Assembly (NCBI GenBank): GCA_030141605.1
Contig: JAQGDQ010000262.1
Location: forward strand, 216,978-280,977
Direction: 5' to 3'
From: Tubiluchus corallicola
Lineage: Eukaryota; Animalia; Priapulida
DNA: 64,000 nt
How positions within the stretch are numbered: position 1 is the stretch's first letter; every line of letters begins with the position of its first letter. The notes beneath the pieces are model-generated. The model ran no database searches, was not told the DNA's origin, and saw nothing but the letters and a program-made list of their open reading frames with translations. Both the position numbers and the translations under genes were made by a program. Below are positions 59,054 to 64,000 of the stretch, in pieces.

Positions 59054-62000
59054 TGTACAGGCAGACTGTGAATTCGTTTAGGGCAGGAGACGGAGCGGGT
59101 AAAAACAGCAGGAAAACGGCAGTTCATAATTTCACAGTAATCTCACAGTGACCGTTTATGAAAATTCTAAACTGGCATCTTTCTTAAACTGTAAGATGGT
59201 TGGATCGTGTAATCCACATAGAAGCAGCTACTGGTAACTGAAGAAGATTGTATGAGCTGTCATTTGAGCTAATAGAAAATGGATGGAGAAGTGGTCTTTC
59301 CTACCTACAACTTATGAACAGTGACTAACAAACAATGCAGGGTTGCTTTGCCTTGAGCAAGTTCGATACTGTGCTTGGTAGATTTTAGAGTAAAAAAACC
59401 TGCGTAAAGAATAAAACTTCCACCCCTGGCTTTTCAAGTCTTGTATGCATAATATTCTATACAGATCTATAATATTAAACCTGATTGTTCATGGAGCCAA
59501 GAATCAATGCATGGAAAGATGCGTAGAAAGTGTCATCACACTAAAACACCAACAGAACTCATTTCCGGCGGTTTTAGTTGGAAGAGACTGTTCCTCAAGG
59601 ATTCAGCGAAGAAACGCGAGAACTTCCACAGGAAAACGGGATGCAGCTTTGTTGGGAATTTGAGATGGTGAATACTGCGATAATAAAAGACGGGAACAGA
59701 GGAGTTCATCGGCAAAATCTGTTGCTGTGACATTTAGAATTCGAGCTGGCTGTAGCTGTGGTGGCATCGCAGAGAAAAAATTAAAGGAACGTAATACAGT
59801 TTTTGAAAGTGACATTGTTGTGAAGAAGCTGTAGGAAAGAATCAATTGGAGGAAGGATGCAGGAAGGAACACATTTCAGGGGAATACACACATAACCACT
59901 TGACACCAGTGCACGATACAAAGAAGGTAAAATGTACATCTTTTAATTATTACATCATTTGCGTGAATACGAACATTGGCAAATCATGGACCGAGTTTTG
60001 AATTTTTAAATTTTTTGAGGCTTGACTGAGAAGGGAATTGAATTGATTACAAGCCTAGCGTGCAGGTTGGCCGCGCAACGAGAGTTAGTTGAGTTGCTAT
60101 GGCCATTTTGTATTCTGTCACCGAGGTACGAGAATCTTCAAACTGCCTTTTTTTCACACGTAGCGGTCCTAGATAGTAGTGAAACGACCATAACGTTGTA
60201 ATTTTATCGTTTTTTCTTATTACATTAAAAAGTTCTTGTTGTTGCAGTTCATTGTTTTCTGCGAAAATCGAGCGAAATTCTGATTAAACTGTATATTCAT
60301 CACGGTTATGACCGGTTGGACCGGGCAGCAGATAAGAGCTGCTGCGTTTATTATGTTGTACCCAAGAGAGCTTAGCACGAACTACACTTAGATATCAGAT
60401 AGTGTAAACATCTCAACCTGAAGATTCTGTTTGCCTTCTGATAAATTTGCATCCAGTCTGCTTGCACGAAAGCGTTCTTTATTGTCACAAGCAGCGTCAT
60501 TTTATAGCACTGAGTGCCATGCTTTACACGAGGATGCTGCCACGCAAGGTAGACCAGTTACTAAGAAGCTTGAGTTTACAGTTTGAGTAAGTTCTAAGTT
60601 CTTTCTTTCTTTTTCTTTTCTGATTTTTCATTATTTATAACTGTTTTATTAGTCATTTCAAGTCATGTGATGTCAGTGCTGTTTGTGGAGCTAGATCGCT
60701 CGTAACTACAAAAGTAGGCATCGTAGGGTTGGTGTTAAGCGTAAGTTTAATTTTGCTTGAATAATGATGTTCAGAGTTAAATCTAGCGACGAAAATTGGC
60801 TCAAAGTTACTGGCCGCTGCTGGTCTCTTTCTTACTTTCTTAACTTTATTACACAATGGCTTCTTTGGCGTTCATATGCGTGGGGGGTACTTGAACGTTG
60901 CAACAGTTGTTTAGCATGCTTGCTCAAGCGTATCAGGTATTAATTGTTACGGGCCATACGGGCCAGGTTGTTGTATTGTAGCATGTTGCTAAACACACCT
61001 GTAGCGTACGTAGTGTTACAGCCCAGTGCAAATTAATTAGGCCTATTTGCTAAGCCAGTTTATGGTATTATAAACCTTAAACAGCAAAAAGGCCTTTCGG
61101 GTACAACTCTCTCACCAGTTTTACTGCAGAAAGAACAGTGTGTGCATATATCAGTTAAATGATATTGAAGAAATGTGAACAAAATGTTTTTCCGCGTTCT
61201 TGCTACAGAACTACTCTCTCGCCACTACATTCGAATTACAAATTCTGACTCGGGATACCGAAGGTTACTTTGTGAGCTAACAGGTACAGTCAGCATCCTA
61301 TGTGTCACGTGACCACGTAGAATGTGCCAAGCACACGTTTAGCTTGTCAGCATCATCGGGTCTATCGTGTGGTCTGTGCGTAAGTTTCGAGTACACGTTA
61401 TTGTACAGCACGCTTCAGTTTAGATGGCTTTTTGTTGTATCCAAATAGGAGCAAAACTAAAGTAATCGTTGTTTTGGTGTGTGCCAGTCAACTCAGTCTG
61501 CTGAAGTACAAAGGCTTCGTCTGGGAAGGAGAAATAATGTTTAAGGGTAACAGCTCCTAGGTTTATTTCATCTGCTCGTTGTGCAATTATTCTTAAAATA
61601 CTTCAACTGGGACGGGGGAAGACGAAAGTTCTGGATGTCACGGGATGCGTAATGCAGGACCTGTGCCAAATTATTGCAACGTAAGCTTCAAATTTATTTT
61701 AGATTATTTAGTAGATTATTTTTTGATAGCACCGTTTTGTGGGAATAGGACTGCAATTTTGCGATTGAGAGATTAAGCTTCAGGTTTCGATCGCTTTGGT
61801 TGATCTGGAGATTTAGTTACGTCGTTACGTTTTTTTGTTTTAGCAATGATTTGAGTTCAGATTCCAATTTATTCGTCTTATATGAATTTATATAACATCA
61901 TAACATACATTATTTCATTATGAATAAGTCAGAATAACCTAAACTGCATAGAGTTGCACACAGTACTCAGTTGTTGTCCATCCTCTTTGTTACTTATCTA

Positions 62001-63484
62001 TACATATTCACAAAACAGAAATCTAATATTTTTAACATTTTTCTTTGGCCTACTCACTAACACCAAATTTAATTTCAAATTCAAATTCAGTTTATTTCAC
62101 CATCAAACTACAATAATACAAATATACATGTACAACTTCTTGTATAATTGAAAACAGCAAAAAAAAAATAATTTCAGATTCCCTAGGAATACTATATTAA
62201 GGTTTTGAATTTTGCCACATGGTAGCTAAAAAGGGGACAAGTTACTCACTGATTGTGAAGACCACATGGTCAGTGAAAGGTCACTGTATAGATTCTTGGC
62301 ATTGGCAATCTTGATGATCTTTGGTCCGTCACGGTCACCATGTGTTCTTTTCCATACCACTATTATTTGTGACCCTTAATTGATTCATCTTAATTTATGA
62401 CTCTTAACTTGTCTTAATGCATTAATTAACATTAATGTTATTAACATTAACACTGTTTTAACTGATAATATTTGTATCGTTAAAAGTTAACTATTAAATC
62501 TGGAATCTCTTTATATGACATTTTCAGTTTTGCTTGCTGATATCGTGGTTTGATTGAATTTATTTCGTACAAAAAATAGTATTTAGGAGTAATAAGTTTC
62601 TTTTTGGGCCTACCATTTTGCCTGATCGTTTTTGAAAACGTTGGTACCCAATGCTTTTATTAAAACTCGTCTCATCTGTGGTACAAATCCTTTTTTTACC
62701 TGGACACAACCAGTGTGAACATCTTATACATGAAGCTTATTGAACTCGGTGTTACATCTTGATAGCGTGCAGTTTTTAAGCTGCCTATAACGTATAGAAC
62801 GTATAGCTATAGCGTTCTTGCAAACTATAAACTGCAAACACAGCATCACTCCCATCCTTCGTACATTTACCTGCAAATATTTGCTGATGATAGGAGGATG
62901 TAGTGTTGTGTGTGCTACATGCACCTGAACTCAATACATATAGGCAATATTTATATCCTTCAGGGTCTAAATGCCTTTGCCATGGTGACAAGAAGGGCAA
63001 AGTGCGCGTCAAAAAGTTTCTGTCTTTAAAGCTTGACGAGGAACAAACTGATGATGTACTTTTTTCTCACCAGGAAGCGCTACTAATGCGCAAAGAGAGC
63101 CCTATTTAGTTCTTCTGTGCCCCCTGCAGTTAAAGATGATTAGAGATGATTATTTTCCGTCTTAGCGCTGTGGTCCATATGAAGGCGTGAAAGTGCTGAA
63201 TTGGCCTTTAATGGTCTCATACTAGTTTGGTTAATGCAAAAACAAAAATTTGTTAGAGTTTGTAGTATTTGGCTCGGTAATCTATGGGTTTCTAATTTGT
63301 TTATGTATAAATTGTATTTTAGATACATATGCAAACCTTGTCGTGTATAATAAACACAGGGATTGCTGAACGAACATGGAGAAGAGTAATGCGCGGCATT
63401 AAGCACAATTGAGCAGTATTTTTTTTAAATGAAATATCTTTCCCGAAGTTTAAATGCAGAAATAATTCTTTTGTTTGAAAACGT

Positions 63485-63497
63485 GAGAGAGAGAGAG

Positions 63498-63544
<47 letters not shown>

Positions 63545-63548
63545 GAGA
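63485..63548. repeat. (GA)n microsatellite
   Basis: Direct reading. Confidence 0.95.
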
Positions 63549-64000
63549 TGTGATTTTTAGAGTAGACTCAGCAGAATGTAGTGTTGACTCGGTTGCCGTG
63601 TAAACTGGAGTTTATTTTGGCGGTTAATACGGTCGTGGTACTCGTCTTAATTCCACCTATTATCCATTGCATCCATCAGCCGATAAGCACCCCGTCCCAT
63701 CTCGCTTACAACGGAGGTCACTCGCAGTTACTTCACCCCACGGCTTTGAACTCTCCCACAACTTGATAAGCCCGGAATGATGACGATCAGCTTGTACAAT
63801 GCTCGTGTCTATGCGCGCAGTAATACCTGGCTGAGGCTGTGAGAGAGGCTAATGTATCCACCCAATTATTTCCATCTCATCGTGGTAGAGGATTTGTGAA
63901 TGACATACGTTGTGGTTATTATAATGAACTGTACAATCTGCCGGGTTTATCGTTGAAAATGAACAGGGATATGGTGTAAGCAGAGCAACGGCCCGGTTCA

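Noticed and set aside
59160-59880. Coding-like stretch with TVRWLDR, possibly a decayed hAT transposase
   Set aside because: Multiple stops and only one short motif; family cannot be supported.

Overview
AT-rich, intron-rich animal (most likely invertebrate) genomic DNA. Two multi-exon genes lie in tandem on the minus strand. The first is a complete p107/p130-type retinoblastoma-like pocket protein gene (23 coding exons, 51206->22511, 1035 aa by hand splicing). The second is the first 12 coding exons of VAC14 (17828->1033, continuing past the left edge), which include a U12-type AT-AC intron. Introns carry many non-autonomous DNA transposons (hAT-, piggyBac-, pogo- and Kolobok-like, plus a 6-bp-TSD family), LINE/SINE remnants and minisatellites. 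Two signals stand out. (1) A twister self-cleaving ribozyme forms the 5' end of a short non-autonomous RTE retroelement, with a second partial copy that begins exactly at the predicted cleavage site. (2) Several tandem duplications multiply splice sites; the clearest is a 10-copy array of a complete 3' splice site in the RBL gene, where the 9 upstream copies run into an in-frame stop. No convincing protein-coding exon was found in 51.3-64 kb. All coordinates were read by eye and may be off by a few nt; family names come from remembered motifs, not database searches.
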